From Planctomycetota bacterium (lineage in GTDB: Bacteria; Planctomycetota; UBA1135; GCA-002686595), in NCBI GenBank assembly GCA_044375105.1, contig JBILNK010000001.1, positions 2,651 through 66,650 on the forward strand: a DNA stretch of 64,000 nucleotides. The letters run 5' to 3'. Position 1 is the stretch's first letter. Each line of letters opens with the position of its first letter. This document shows positions 30,304-40,153 of the stretch, one piece after another. The notes under the pieces are model-generated. The model had not been told where the DNA came from and ran no database searches. It saw only the letters and a list, made by a program, of their open reading frames with translations. The position numbers and the translations under genes are program-made.

Positions 30304-30864
30304 TCACCACAATCCGGTGTGCTCGGCGACCAAGCCGAAGCCGATGGCGATCAGCACCACGCCGCCCAGGCGCTCGGCCCGCTGGGCGAAGCGGGTGCCG
30401 AGCCGCCCGGCGAGCCAGACCGCCGGCGCGCACAGGCCCAGGGTCACCAGGGACACCGCGCAGGCGCCGCGCCACAGCTCGACCTCCAGCAGGGCCAAGC
30501 CCATGCCGGCCACCAGCGCGTCCACGCCCGTGGCGAGGCTCAGCATCAGCAGCGCCCCTAGGGACAGTTGGCGCCGGAGGGCCTCCGGAGGCGCCCCGCC
30601 CTGCCGCCACAGCCGCACGCCCAGCAGGGCCAGCAGCCCGAAAGCGATCCAATGGTCGTAGGCCTCGATGCGACCGCGCAGGACGCTGGCCAGGGCGTGC
30701 CCCAGGGCACACAAAACGCCCTGACCCAGGGCGAAGATCGGCGGCAACCGCCACAGGGAGGCCCGCTGGGCGGGCGCGCTGGCCAGGCCCGCGCTGGCGG
30801 CCACGGCCGCCGAATCGATAGACAGCGCCAAGGCCAGGATCAAGAGCGCCAGGTCGCTCATCAC
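30304..30864 (-). CDS. mntP: manganese efflux pump MntP (DUF204 repeat protein)
   Basis: Six hydrophobic helices with internal repeat blocks ALSIDSAAVA and SLATGVDALVAG, as in MntP/YebN. Confidence 0.8.
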   Translation of the reverse strand: MMSDLALLILALALSIDSAAVAASAGLASAPAQRASLWRLPPIFALGQGVLCALGHALASVLRGRIEAYDHWIAFGLLALLGVRLWRQGGAPPEALRRQLSLGALLMLSLATGVDALVAGMGLALLEVELWRGACAVSLVTLGLCAPAVWLAGRLGTRFAQRAERLGGVVLIAIGFGLVAEHTGLW

Positions 30865-30979
30865 GCCCTGCGCTGGAGCGGGACTACGGAACGTTCGCGA
30901 GGGCTCAAGGCCCGCTCACCGAAGCCAGTGGAGGCCAGCAGCCGGTGCTGGGGCGTCCAGGGCCTTGACGATGCACGGC

Positions 30980-31315
30980 TCACCGGCCGACCCGCACCGC
31001 CCGCCCAAGCTTTTCGGAGACCACCCGGGAGAGATTTTCGAGCAACTCGTGGCCGTCGCGGTCGTCGCGCCAGTGTCGCCCATCCCAGTCGTAGTGCCAG
31101 GCGCGCACTCCGGCCGCCAGCCACATCTGGTGGTTGCCGCCCTGGCGGTTCAGGACGAACACCTTGCCGTCGGCGAATTCGAGCTTGAGGACCCCGTCCG
31201 CGGCCCGGTAATCGAGCTCGTCCGGGTCGAAGTCCTCCAGCCAGGCCTCGACCCGCCGCAGGCAATCCGCGGCCAACTGGGAGAAGCGCGCTTCGTCGAG
31301 TTCTTGGCGGGGCAT
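30980..31315 (-). CDS. cyaY: iron-sulfur cluster assembly protein CyaY (bacterial frataxin)
   Basis: Last 111 codons of ORF 30980..32344, starting MPRQELDEARFSQLAADCL (CAT 31313-31315). DGVLKLEFADGKVFVLNRQGGNHQMWLAAGVRAWHY aligns by eye with E. coli CyaY [28 protein letters not shown]. Confidence 0.8.
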   Translation of the reverse strand: MPRQELDEARFSQLAADCLRRVEAWLEDFDPDELDYRAADGVLKLEFADGKVFVLNRQGGNHQMWLAAGVRAWHYDWDGRHWRDDRDGHELLENLSRVVSEKLGRAVRVGR

Positions 31316-31433
31316 GGCTGAGGTTGTTGAGGTCTGTCCCGCCCCCATTTTGGGATTCCGGGGGCTGGGGAACCAGGAGCTGCCCCGGGATCTTGACCTC
31401 GAATGCCCCCTTCGGGCCTCTAGGTGGACAGCC

Positions 31434-33194
31434 ATGCCCAATTCCGACCGGCCTCCGCGCACCGCCCGAGCGAGCCTCCCCCGGCGACTGGCCCTGGTGG
31501 GCGGCAGCCCGGTCCAGCGGGAGCGCCTCGAGAAGGCGCTCAAGGCCAGCCGGCTGGCGACCTTCGAAGTCGAACAGCGCGAGCTCGAGGGCCCCTTCGG
31601 AGCCCAGTCCCTGCGGCCCGACGGCTGCGACTCCCTGGTGCTGCTGGCGGAGACCACCACCCAGGCCCTGATGCGCCTGCGCGAGCTGCAGGGCCTCAAC
31701 CTGCCGCTGGTGTTGTTGCTCGACCAGTTCGACCCCGCTTCGGTCGAGCTGCTGCGCCGCGAGGGCGCCAGCGAGGTGCTCGATCGCCGCCACGTCGAGC
31801 TGCCGGACCTGGGCCTCTTGGAGCGCTGCATCGAATGGGCCGTCGAGCGCCAGAGCCTGTCCACCGACCTGCGGCGCGCGCGCGAACTCTCGGTGCACCT
31901 GGCCCACCACGACACGCTCACGGATCTGCCCAACCGGCAGTTCTTCCGCGCCCGCCTGCGCCAACTGATTGCCCAGGCCGAGCGCAGCCATGGACAACTG
32001 GCGATCCTGTTCCTCGACCTCGATCGCTTCAAGCAGATCAACGACACCCTGGGGCACGTGGTCGGGGACCGGCTGATCCAGGAGGTGGCGCGGCGCATCC
32101 AGGGCTGCATCCGCAGCGCGGATTCGGCGTCGCGCTGCGGCGGCGACGAGTTCAACCTGATCCTGTCCGACGTGCGCCGGGGGCAGGATGCCGCGCGCGT
32201 CGCCAAGAAGATCGCCCAGTCGATCGCCGAGCCGATGCACATCGACGGCCACGAGCTGTTCAGCTCGTGTTCGATCGGCATCAGCCTGTTCCCCATGGAC
32301 GGGCACGACGTCGACACCCTGGTGCGCAACGCGGACGTGGCCATGTATCAGGCCAAGTCCGAAGGCGGCGGCAAATTCCGCTTCTTCATGCCGCAGATGA
32401 CCGATCGAGCGGTGGAGCGCTTGGCGCTGGAGCACTCTCTGCGCCAAGCCATCGAGCGGCAGGAACTCGTGCTGCACTATCAGCCGCGGGTCGAGCTGGC
32501 TAGCGATCGGATCGTCGGTTTCGAAGCCTTGGTGCGCTGGAACCATCCCGACCTGGGCCTGATCTATCCCGACGAGTTCATCCCCGTGGCCGAGGAGACC
32601 GGGCTGATCGCGCCCCTGGGCGAATGGGTGGCGCGCGAGGCCTGCGCCCAGCTGGTGCGCTGGCGCTCCCAGGGATTCGCCATCGATTCCATGGCGGTCA
32701 ACGTCTCGGCGCGCCAATTCCGCCAGCGCATGCCGATCGAGCTGGTGCACGGCGCCCTCGAGGAGTCCGGGCTGGAAGCGCGGCACCTCGAGATCGAGAT
32801 CACCGAGAGCGCCGTGATGCAGGACGCGCGCCAGGCCTTGGAAACCCTCGAGGAGCTGCGCCAGATCGGGGTGCGCGTGGCGATCGACGACTTCGGCACC
32901 GGCCAGTCCTCGCTGGCCTATCTGAAGCGGTTTCCGCTGACCAAGCTAAAGATCGACAAGGCCTTCATCCGCACGCTGCTGACCGACCCCCGCGATGCTG
33001 CCATCACGCGGGCGATCATCGCCATGGCCCATTCCCTCGGTCTGGTGGCCTGCGCCGAGGGTGTCGAGACACGCAAGCAGCTCGATTTCCTGCGGGATCC
33101 AGGTTGCGACGAGGTGCAGGGCTACGTCTACTCGCCGCCCCTGCCCGTGGAACGCGCCACCCGCCTGCTGGCCGGCAGCGAGCACCTGGGGTGA
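31434..33194 (+). CDS. GGDEF-EAL protein with degenerate N-terminal receiver-like domain
   Basis: ORF 31314..33194 trimmed to Met41 (ATG 31434). GGDEF domain: DTLTDLPNR, RFKQINDTLGHVVGD, RCGGDEFNLIL. EAL domain: FEALVRW, IEITES, VAIDDFGTGQSSLAYLKRFP, KIDKAFI, CAEGVET, GCDEVQGY. Confidence 0.9.
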   Translation: MPNSDRPPRTARASLPRRLALVGGSPVQRERLEKALKASRLATFEVEQRELEGPFGAQSLRPDGCDSLVLLAETTTQALMRLRELQGLNLPLVLLLDQFDPASVELLRREGASEVLDRRHVELPDLGLLERCIEWAVERQSLSTDLRRARELSVHLAHHDTLTDLPNRQFFRARLRQLIAQAERSHGQLAILFLDLDRFKQINDTLGHVVGDRLIQEVARRIQGCIRSADSASRCGGDEFNLILSDVRRGQDAARVAKKIAQSIAEPMHIDGHELFSSCSIGISLFPMDGHDVDTLVRNADVAMYQAKSEGGGKFRFFMPQMTDRAVERLALEHSLRQAIERQELVLHYQPRVELASDRIVGFEALVRWNHPDLGLIYPDEFIPVAEETGLIAPLGEWVAREACAQLVRWRSQGFAIDSMAVNVSARQFRQRMPIELVHGALEESGLEARHLEIEITESAVMQDARQALETLEELRQIGVRVAIDDFGTGQSSLAYLKRFPLTKLKIDKAFIRTLLTDPRDAAITRAIIAMAHSLGLVACAEGVETRKQLDFLRDPGCDEVQGYVYSPPLPVERATRLLAGSEHLG

Positions 33195-33197
33195 TGC

Positions 33198-33229
33198 TGG
33201 GCCGCCATCCGACGAGCGGAGGCGGCCCA
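33198..33229. terminator. stem-loop between convergent genes (possible terminator, no U-tract)
   Basis: Perfect 9-nt arms TGGGCCGCC (33198-33206) and GGCGGCCCA (33221-33229), 4 nt after the GGDEF-EAL stop and 12 nt before the stop of the minus-strand propeller gene. Confidence 0.35.
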
Positions 33230-33240
33230 GACCCGTCCCC

Positions 33241-36111
33241 TCACTGCAGGCGCGTGCGGACCGCGACCGCGCGCGTCCCGGAGCTCGGCGCCGACTGGTC
33301 GGTGTCCCGGAGTGTCAGCACGCCCACGTCCTGGGTCAGGCTGAAGTCATAGCTGCGCACCTCGCCGGTGCTCGAGATGGCCGCGAACAGGCTGCCGTTG
33401 GCCCCGTCGATCGCCAGGCTCCGCGGCGCCACCTGGATGCTCTGCTCGGCGAACAGGAACACGGTGCCGTTCACGATGGCATCGTTCGGGTTCAGGTTGA
33501 TCAGGAAGCGGTTGATCTCCAGGCTGCCCTCGCAAGCCACGTACAAGACCCGGCCGCCGCGCTCGAAGCGCAGGTCGACCGGTTGGTTGCCCTGGACCAG
33601 GGTCACGGGCCCGCCGCCGGCCTCGAGGATGTCGCTCAGGGCGCCGCTGACCGGGTCGATGGCGTAGGCCGAGAGGCTGTTGCTGGAGAAGCTGGCCACG
33701 TAGGCGAACCGGCCGGTCGGATCGACCGTGACGGCCCAGGGGCCCGTGCCCGCGGCGAGCGGCGCTGCGATCGAAGTCAAGGCGCCCGTGCTCGGATTGA
33801 TCGAGTACTGCCCGATGGTGTTGCTGATCGAGTTGGCCACGTAGAAGAAGCGCCCCGTGGGGTCGATCGCTCCGCCGCGGGCGGTGTCCCCGGCGGCGGC
33901 CGCCAAGCCCTGTCCCAGGTTGCCGCTCGCATCGAGCGGGTAGCTGATCACCTGGCTCTCCTGTACCAGCGGGCGAGTCACGATCAGGAATCGCCCGGAG
34001 GGATCGATGGCCGCGCTCCAAGCGCCGCCCGCTCCGGCGGCTCCCGCCAGGGCCAGGTCGATCGCCACCGGAGGCGTGATCAGGTTGCCGTTCGGGGCGA
34101 TGTCGTAGACCAGGATGTCCTGCCCGATCGTGTCCTGGTTGTTGATCACGTAGGCCTTGTCCAGCCGCGGGTGGACCACGATCGAGTTGGGCCCGGCTCC
34201 CGCGGCGACCGTGGCGGGGTTCTTGGGGCTGAGCGTGGCAGGCGCCGGGGTGAAGCTGTACTGGGCCAGGTCGGTGTTTAAGAAGTTGGCCGCATAGACG
34301 CTGTCGCTGGAGTAGATCGGCGCATCGGTGCCGTTGACGACCACCACATCGGCCGGCAAGGCGCGGACGCGCTGTCGATCGGTGGGCGATTCGCTGGGGG
34401 CCACGGGGGTCAGGACACCGAAGTTGGCCGCATCGACGCTGGCGCTGGAGATCGCCGCTTCGCCCTGGAAGACCACGAAGCAGAAGCTGTCGGTATCGGT
34501 CCGCGCGATCGCCACGGGATCGGCGCCCACATAGAAAGGCACAGAATCGAGCGGGATCGTGACCGCGCCGCCCCCCAGGACGCCGAGGCGCTGGACACGC
34601 CCCAGAGTCGTGTTGAGCGCGTACAGCGTGCGGTTGCCGTTGCTGAATTGCACCGCATCGAGGCGGGAGATGGATCCGTTGACGTCGGTCACCGCGATCC
34701 CGGCGGTGATCGCACCGCTGGCCGGGTTGATCGTATAGGGGATGACCTGGTTGCCGCCGGCGCCACAGCCCACGTAGAGCATGCGATTGCCCGTGGAGGA
34801 GAGCAGGGTGTCGAGGGCCTGCGGAGAATTGGCCGAGCTGAACAGCTGCTGACCGGACAAGGCGCCGGAAACGGCCACGGTCAGGGCCGCGATCTGGTCC
34901 GAGCCCCGGCAGGCGGCGTAGAGGAAACCCTCGTTGGGTTCGAGCGCCAGGGAGACGGGCTCTTGACCGGTCAGGGCGAAGGGACTGCCGGCGACCGGCG
35001 TCAGGACGCCGTTGGCCGCCACGCTGAACACCGAGATGCTGTTCAGGCCGGTGTTGGCCACGAACAGGCGCGCCCGGGCACCGTCCAGCAGGAAATCGCT
35101 CGGCGCAGCGTTGAGGGGCAATCCGAAGGGGCTGCCGGCGATCGGGGTCAGCTGGCCGCTGACCGGATTGATCGAATAGACCTCGACCTGGTTTTCGGTC
35201 TGGTCGAGCACGAACAGCTCGTCGTGGCCGGCGCTGCGCTCGATGGCCACGGGCGTGCCGCTGAGCACCGCATAGCCGGCCGCCTGCAGCTTGCCGTTGA
35301 CCGGATTGAGGGTATTGATCGACACGGTCCCGTCGCCAGAGTTGGCGGTGTAGACGAAGCGCGGCGTGTCGAGCAGGCCGCCGCCGCCCCCGGAAGCCAC
35401 CGAAAGCGACAGGCTGGCGGAGGTCTGTCCACCGATGCAATCCTGGGCGGTGACCGTGTAGCTGGCTGCGGCCGAAGCGGCGGTGGGCGTGCCCGAGATC
35501 ACGCCGGTGGTGGCGGAGATGCTGAGACCTGCGGGCAGCGGCGGGCTGATCGACCAAGAGGTGATGTTGCCCGTGACCGCAGGCACGTTGGGCACGCTGG
35601 GCAGACCGACGGTGTAGCTGGCCGGGTTGGTGGCATAGCTGAGCCCGGCGGGAAACGGCGGGATGGTGATCGCGATGCTGATCGTCTGCTGGACTGATCC
35701 CGCGGCGTTCGAAGCCACCACCAGGTAGTTGGCAGACGCGGTCACGGCCCCTGGAACCCCCACCAGGCTGCCGTCGCTCGCAAAGGACAGGCCGGCCGGC
35801 AAGGCCGGGGTCGAGCTCCAGTTGGTGATCGGCTGGTCGACCTGGGGAGCCGCCGTGTCGACGGTGGAGCAGGCCTGGAAGCTGAACACCGGGTTGCCGC
35901 CGGTCAGGGGGTCGTAGTCGAGAGCGGTCGGAGCGATCACGCTGTTGCTGCCGCTGCCGCCGCCGCAGGCCGAGAGGAGCAGGGCCAGGCAGCCCGTGAC
36001 GAGGCCTACCCAGAGGCTGCGTCGTGCGCCGTCGAGGGCCCGGTCGGCGGATCGGAGAGTGGCCGCGGTGGCCGGCTCGGGGAGACGCAGGGCGGAGACA
36101 GCGTTCGACAT
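33241..36111 (-). CDS. lipoprotein with two He_PIG-type Ig repeats and a double lactonase-type (7-bladed x2) beta-propeller
   Basis: Start at Met22 of ORF 33241..36174 (MSNAVS...LALLLSACGG lipobox). Ig repeats ALPAGLSFASDGSLVGVP and PLPAGLSISATTGVISGTP...YTVTA. About 14 blades such as LFVANTGLNSISVFSVAANGVLTPVAGSPF, FYVANSISNTIGQYSINPSTGALT, and AYVASFSSNSLSAYAIDPVSGALS. Confidence 0.85.
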   Translation of the reverse strand: MSNAVSALRLPEPATAATLRSADRALDGARRSLWVGLVTGCLALLLSACGGGSGSNSVIAPTALDYDPLTGGNPVFSFQACSTVDTAAPQVDQPITNWSSTPALPAGLSFASDGSLVGVPGAVTASANYLVVASNAAGSVQQTISIAITIPPFPAGLSYATNPASYTVGLPSVPNVPAVTGNITSWSISPPLPAGLSISATTGVISGTPTAASAAASYTVTAQDCIGGQTSASLSLSVASGGGGGLLDTPRFVYTANSGDGTVSINTLNPVNGKLQAAGYAVLSGTPVAIERSAGHDELFVLDQTENQVEVYSINPVSGQLTPIAGSPFGLPLNAAPSDFLLDGARARLFVANTGLNSISVFSVAANGVLTPVAGSPFALTGQEPVSLALEPNEGFLYAACRGSDQIAALTVAVSGALSGQQLFSSANSPQALDTLLSSTGNRMLYVGCGAGGNQVIPYTINPASGAITAGIAVTDVNGSISRLDAVQFSNGNRTLYALNTTLGRVQRLGVLGGGAVTIPLDSVPFYVGADPVAIARTDTDSFCFVVFQGEAAISSASVDAANFGVLTPVAPSESPTDRQRVRALPADVVVVNGTDAPIYSSDSVYAANFLNTDLAQYSFTPAPATLSPKNPATVAAGAGPNSIVVHPRLDKAYVINNQDTIGQDILVYDIAPNGNLITPPVAIDLALAGAAGAGGAWSAAIDPSGRFLIVTRPLVQESQVISYPLDASGNLGQGLAAAAGDTARGGAIDPTGRFFYVANSISNTIGQYSINPSTGALTSIAAPLAAGTGPWAVTVDPTGRFAYVASFSSNSLSAYAIDPVSGALSDILEAGGGPVTLVQGNQPVDLRFERGGRVLYVACEGSLEINRFLINLNPNDAIVNGTVFLFAEQSIQVAPRSLAIDGANGSLFAAISSTGEVRSYDFSLTQDVGVLTLRDTDQSAPSSGTRAVAVRTRLQ

Positions 36112-36532
36112 GGCTTGGATCGGCGCCGAGCGAAGGGATCCAGCCCGCGGCACCGCTGCATCCAGGCTGGCCAAGCATGGTCCCGATCGCAGCGCGGGCC
36201 GGTCAATCGGCGAGTCGCTTTTCGAGCTTCGAAGGCTGCCGGCCCGCCAGGAGGTGCCCCGATCAGGCTCCCGAGAGGTGCTGACTCAGCGGTGGGCCGA
36301 GGCTGGCCAGGGGGCCCGTCCCGCAGGCAGGCGATCCGAGGGCCCGCATGCGAACCGAAGCGGATCCGTCGCCGCCCCCCAACTGCCCGGGGCGTCGCGG
36401 TGGTCGCCGCCCGAGGGCGGCGCAGGTCCCGTGGATCGCACCCCCATGGTTCGGCAAGGTGGCTCGCGGAGCCGCCGACCGAAACGGCCCCTGGGGACCC
36501 GGTCGCCCACGGATCCGCGCCGGCGCCGGGGA

Positions 36533-38980
36533 CTACTCCCAGAGCAGATCGAGGGCGATGCCGCGGGGCGCGTCTCCGCCGGTCGCCGACAGGGACAGCC
36601 CGGTCAGGCCGCCGCTGCCCGCGGGGATCCGGAAGGCCTGCACCAGATCCACGCCGCGGTTGACCACCAGCAGCACGCTGCCGCTGGCGTCGACCGCCAG
36701 GCCGCGCGGATCGTCCAGCAGCGCGAGCGGGCTGCCGGTAGCGCTGGTCAGCGCGCCGGTGGCGGCGTGGATGTTGAAGATCGAAAGGGAATCGCCGTTG
36801 CTGTTGGCGCAGAATAGGAAACGGCCCGCGGGGTCGGAGGCCAGCACCGTGGGCAAAGCGCCGGTCGGGCTACTGGTGGAGGAGAGCTGAGACAGAGTGC
36901 CGTCGAAAGGATCGATGGCGAAAGCCTTGACGCGGTCCGAGGTGGAGAGCGTGGCGTAGAGGAAACGGCCCGAAGGATGCACCAGCACGTCGAAGGGACC
37001 GCCTGATTGCAGGGTGCTGGCGATCGCGGTCAACTGCCCGCTGCCTGGATCGATGCGGAAGGCCGCGATGCGGTTGGTCAGGCTGAGAGCCACGTATAGG
37101 AAACGCCCGGAGGGATCGATGGCCAGGCCACGCGGCACCGAGCCGGCTAGCAAGGGCACGCTCCCCGCAGCGATTAGCTGGGAACCCTGGCTCGCGAAAA
37201 TGCGCAGGGTCGAATCCCCGGAATTCGATACATAGGCGAAGCGCCCGCCGGGCTCGAAGGCCGTATCGAAAGGCGAAACGGCGCTCTGCGCCTGGCCGTT
37301 GCCCAGCTGCGCGGTGATGCTGTCGAAGGGGAACCACGTTGCGCTGCCGCCGCTGAAGTCCGCGCTCAGCGCCAGGCTATTGTCGGGGGCCAGGCTGACG
37401 CCGACCGGACCCGGGCCGGTGGGGTTGGAGCCGCCGCCGGTCGAGATCAGCTTGCCGTCGCTCGGAGAGAACAGGAACGAGCGCAATTCGTTGGTACCCT
37501 CGCTGGCCAGCAGCGCGCTGCGAGTGCGGGGCACCAGCGCGGTGAGCCCCCGCGCTGCGGCCAGGTCCTGCAGGGCCCCACGCCCACGCAGGCGGGCCCC
37601 CAGGCTGGGCAGTCCCGCAGCCGACAGCGGCAAGACGATCAGCTCGGATTCCGCCGGCAGGCTCGCGATCAGCACGTCGAGGGCCGGATCGAGCAGCAGC
37701 TCCCCGGGAGCCGAAGGCAGACTCAGGCTGGCCGGACTGGCTGGTTGCAGCGCGCCGCTGCTGGCCAGAACCTGGAAACTCTGCACGCGCGCGCCGAGCG
37801 GATCCGAGAGGTGGAGCAGCGCGCCAAGGGCATCGTCGTCGAGGGCCATGGCCGCCGGCGCGAACCCGAGGGCCTGCACACCCGCGGGCAGCGCGGTCAA
37901 GGCTCCATTGGATACCTGGCGCTGGAAGATCTGCGCCAAGCCCGCCTGGGGCGCGAGCACGACCAGCAGGCTGCCGATCGGGCTGACGGCCAGTTGCCCG
38001 GCGCCGCTGGGCACGGTCACGCTCTGCTGCAGGGTCAGCGCTCCCGAACCCGGGTCGATGGCGTAGCGTCGCAGGGAAGCCGCGCTAGCGGAGAGCGCAT
38101 AGAGGTGGTTGCCCTGCGCTGAAACCCACAGGGCGATCGGATCGGCGATCAAGGGCGCGCTGCCCAATCCGCTCGGGCTGGGCGCGCCGCTGGCGAGGTC
38201 CACGGCCAGGGTCAGGATCCGATCGGTCTGCGGGCTGGCGGCGAACAGGAAACGGCCCAGCGGATCGGCCGCCAGCAGCTGGGTGCCCGGGTCCGTGACG
38301 GAACTGCCCGTGGGGAGCAGGCTGCCGCAGGTGCTCGTGATGCGGAAACTGTTGACCAGCCCAGACAGGGGCTCGACGCTGAAGACGAATCGGCCGTCCG
38401 GCGAGGTGCACAAGGCGGCGGGATTCTCCGACAGGGCCGCGAAACCGCAGGGATGCAGGCGCCGGGACGCGCTGTCGTAGGCGAAGCCGCCGAAGCCGCC
38501 GTCAAGGGCCGCCGCGGCGTAGATCAGCCGCAGGCGCGGGTCCGGATCCGCCAGCGTCACGCTCTCGAGGTCCGAGAACCCGAGCGTGCCGAAGGGTTGG
38601 CCCGCCACCGGTCCGAGGGCCTGGGCGAAAACCGTCAGACCGACCAATCCAGGGGCGTTGTTGACCGGCAGCGAGTAGGCGTTCGAGGCGCCGCCGGCAA
38701 AGGCCAGGGAGGCGGGCGACAAGGGCAAGAGCAGGGTGCCGAAGGGCGGCACCGGCAGCCCCTGGCCCAGCTGGGAAACGTCGCAGACCAGCAGCTTGGG
38801 GAGCGGGACCAGCGGGTCCTGGCCACCGACCTCGAAAACCAACGGGGCGCCGATCTGGCCTCCGGCGATGCGCTCGAGGTCCAGGGGGTTCTGGGCCGTC
38901 GCTGGCCCCACGCCGAAAGAGACGCCGCCGAGCACGGCCAGGCCCCACGGCCGGAGACCGTCCTCGAGGCGCTGGGCCAT
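36533..38980 (-). CDS. secreted double lactonase-type beta-propeller protein with N-terminal ~115-aa module
   Basis: ORF 36533..39172 trimmed to Met65 (MAQRLEDGLRPWGLAVLGGVSFGVGPATAQ; Met58 at 39001 is the alternative). Blades such as LYVALSLTNRIAAFRIDPGSGQLT, LYATLSTSDRVKAFAIDPFDGTLS, and LFCANSNGDSLSIFNIHAATGALT. Confidence 0.8.
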   Translation of the reverse strand: MAQRLEDGLRPWGLAVLGGVSFGVGPATAQNPLDLERIAGGQIGAPLVFEVGGQDPLVPLPKLLVCDVSQLGQGLPVPPFGTLLLPLSPASLAFAGGASNAYSLPVNNAPGLVGLTVFAQALGPVAGQPFGTLGFSDLESVTLADPDPRLRLIYAAAALDGGFGGFAYDSASRRLHPCGFAALSENPAALCTSPDGRFVFSVEPLSGLVNSFRITSTCGSLLPTGSSVTDPGTQLLAADPLGRFLFAASPQTDRILTLAVDLASGAPSPSGLGSAPLIADPIALWVSAQGNHLYALSASAASLRRYAIDPGSGALTLQQSVTVPSGAGQLAVSPIGSLLVVLAPQAGLAQIFQRQVSNGALTALPAGVQALGFAPAAMALDDDALGALLHLSDPLGARVQSFQVLASSGALQPASPASLSLPSAPGELLLDPALDVLIASLPAESELIVLPLSAAGLPSLGARLRGRGALQDLAAARGLTALVPRTRSALLASEGTNELRSFLFSPSDGKLISTGGGSNPTGPGPVGVSLAPDNSLALSADFSGGSATWFPFDSITAQLGNGQAQSAVSPFDTAFEPGGRFAYVSNSGDSTLRIFASQGSQLIAAGSVPLLAGSVPRGLAIDPSGRFLYVALSLTNRIAAFRIDPGSGQLTAIASTLQSGGPFDVLVHPSGRFLYATLSTSDRVKAFAIDPFDGTLSQLSSTSSPTGALPTVLASDPAGRFLFCANSNGDSLSIFNIHAATGALTSATGSPLALLDDPRGLAVDASGSVLLVVNRGVDLVQAFRIPAGSGGLTGLSLSATGGDAPRGIALDLLWE

Positions 38981-39293
38981 TGTTTCTCGGCTGGGGGGCA
39001 TGGGGCGGTCTCTGCGGGAGGTGCCCGACCGGCTGCGGAGCTCGGCCGGTCCGGTCGGTCCAGGGTGGCAGGGGTCGGGATCTCGGGCCTCGAGGCCTCG
39101 GGCCGGGGGTCTGCGGGCGGTTTCGTTCGCACGCCGGCTCCGCTCAGCCCCGCGAAGCCGCCGTAGATCCAATTCTAATCCGCTGGACCCAGCCGGGTCA
39201 GCGCGCCGGGGCGGAACGTCCGCTCCGCGCCGGTCAATGCCGCCGCGGAGCGCTGTCCTTCAGGCGCAAGTCCCTACGCAGCTTGCAGATAGA

Positions 39294-40094
39294 TCAATCC
39301 AGCCCCAGCTCCGTCAGGCCCGCCTCGTCGAAACCGAGCCCATGGCCCAACTCGTGGTAGAGGGTCGTGGCGACCTCTTGCTCGAGCATCTCGGCATCGG
39401 CGCAGAAGCGCTGCAGGTTGCGCTGGAACAGGTAGATCGCCGCCGGGGCCGCGCCCCCACCGTCGCCGCTGCGCTCCAGATCCGAATGGCCCACGAACAG
39501 CCCGAGCGCGTCCGGAGGCGTCTCGAGGGGCCGATCCCGGGCCAGCAGCCGGCTGGGCACCGGATCGATCAGCACCGGCCAGCGCTCGAGGGCGCGGGCG
39601 AACTCGGGCGCCAACCGACCGGCCGCGCGGCCCACCAGCGCCGTGAATTCCTCCGGGTCGAGCCAGGGCAACCGTCCGCAACCTTCGGGATCGAGGTCGA
39701 TCGCCGCGCGCACTGCCCGTTCGCCTTCGTGCAGATCCCCGAGCAGGTCGGCGCACAGGGAATAGCGCAGCCATAGGCCCGCGTCGGGCCCCTGCTCGAG
39801 CAGGGCAGCGAAGCCGGCCTGCGCCGCCTCGAGCCGCCACAGCGACAGATCGATCTCCGCCTGCGCCAGGAGCAGTCCGAAATCGTCGCAGGGCAGCGCG
39901 GCCTGGGCGCAGGCGAGCCAGCGCTGGGCCCCGGGGAAGTCCTGGGATTCGAGCGCCAGGAGAGCCGAAAGCACCCCGCCGGTGGGGTCGCCGAGGCCGC
40001 GCCGGTCGCAGCGCTCGAGCCAGCGCACCAGGGCCTCGGTCTCGCCGGTCTCCCACAGTTCCCAGGCGCGTTCGGCGGCTTGGTTTCGATCCAT
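39294..40094 (-). CDS. zincin-type metallopeptidase-family protein (Zincin_1/DUF1025-like) with N-terminal TPR-like helices
   Basis: C-terminal block EVATTLYHELGHGLGFDEAGL (HExxH). The N-terminal 120 aa are helical and TPR-like. Confidence 0.7.
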   Translation of the reverse strand: MDRNQAAERAWELWETGETEALVRWLERCDRRGLGDPTGGVLSALLALESQDFPGAQRWLACAQAALPCDDFGLLLAQAEIDLSLWRLEAAQAGFAALLEQGPDAGLWLRYSLCADLLGDLHEGERAVRAAIDLDPEGCGRLPWLDPEEFTALVGRAAGRLAPEFARALERWPVLIDPVPSRLLARDRPLETPPDALGLFVGHSDLERSGDGGGAAPAAIYLFQRNLQRFCADAEMLEQEVATTLYHELGHGLGFDEAGLTELGLD

Positions 40095-40153
40095 GGTCGA
40101 AGCGGGAAAGCTCGCGGCTGGCGCAGGCAGCGGGGCGCCGTGCGGGCCGCGGG

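Noticed and set aside
30865-30979. Possible yybP-ykoY Mn2+ riboswitch upstream of mntP
   Set aside because: The 115-nt leader lacks the conserved GGGGAGUAG and UUGACA-type elements. It contains only a simple CCAGCA-N5-TGCTGG hairpin, which more likely terminates cyaY.
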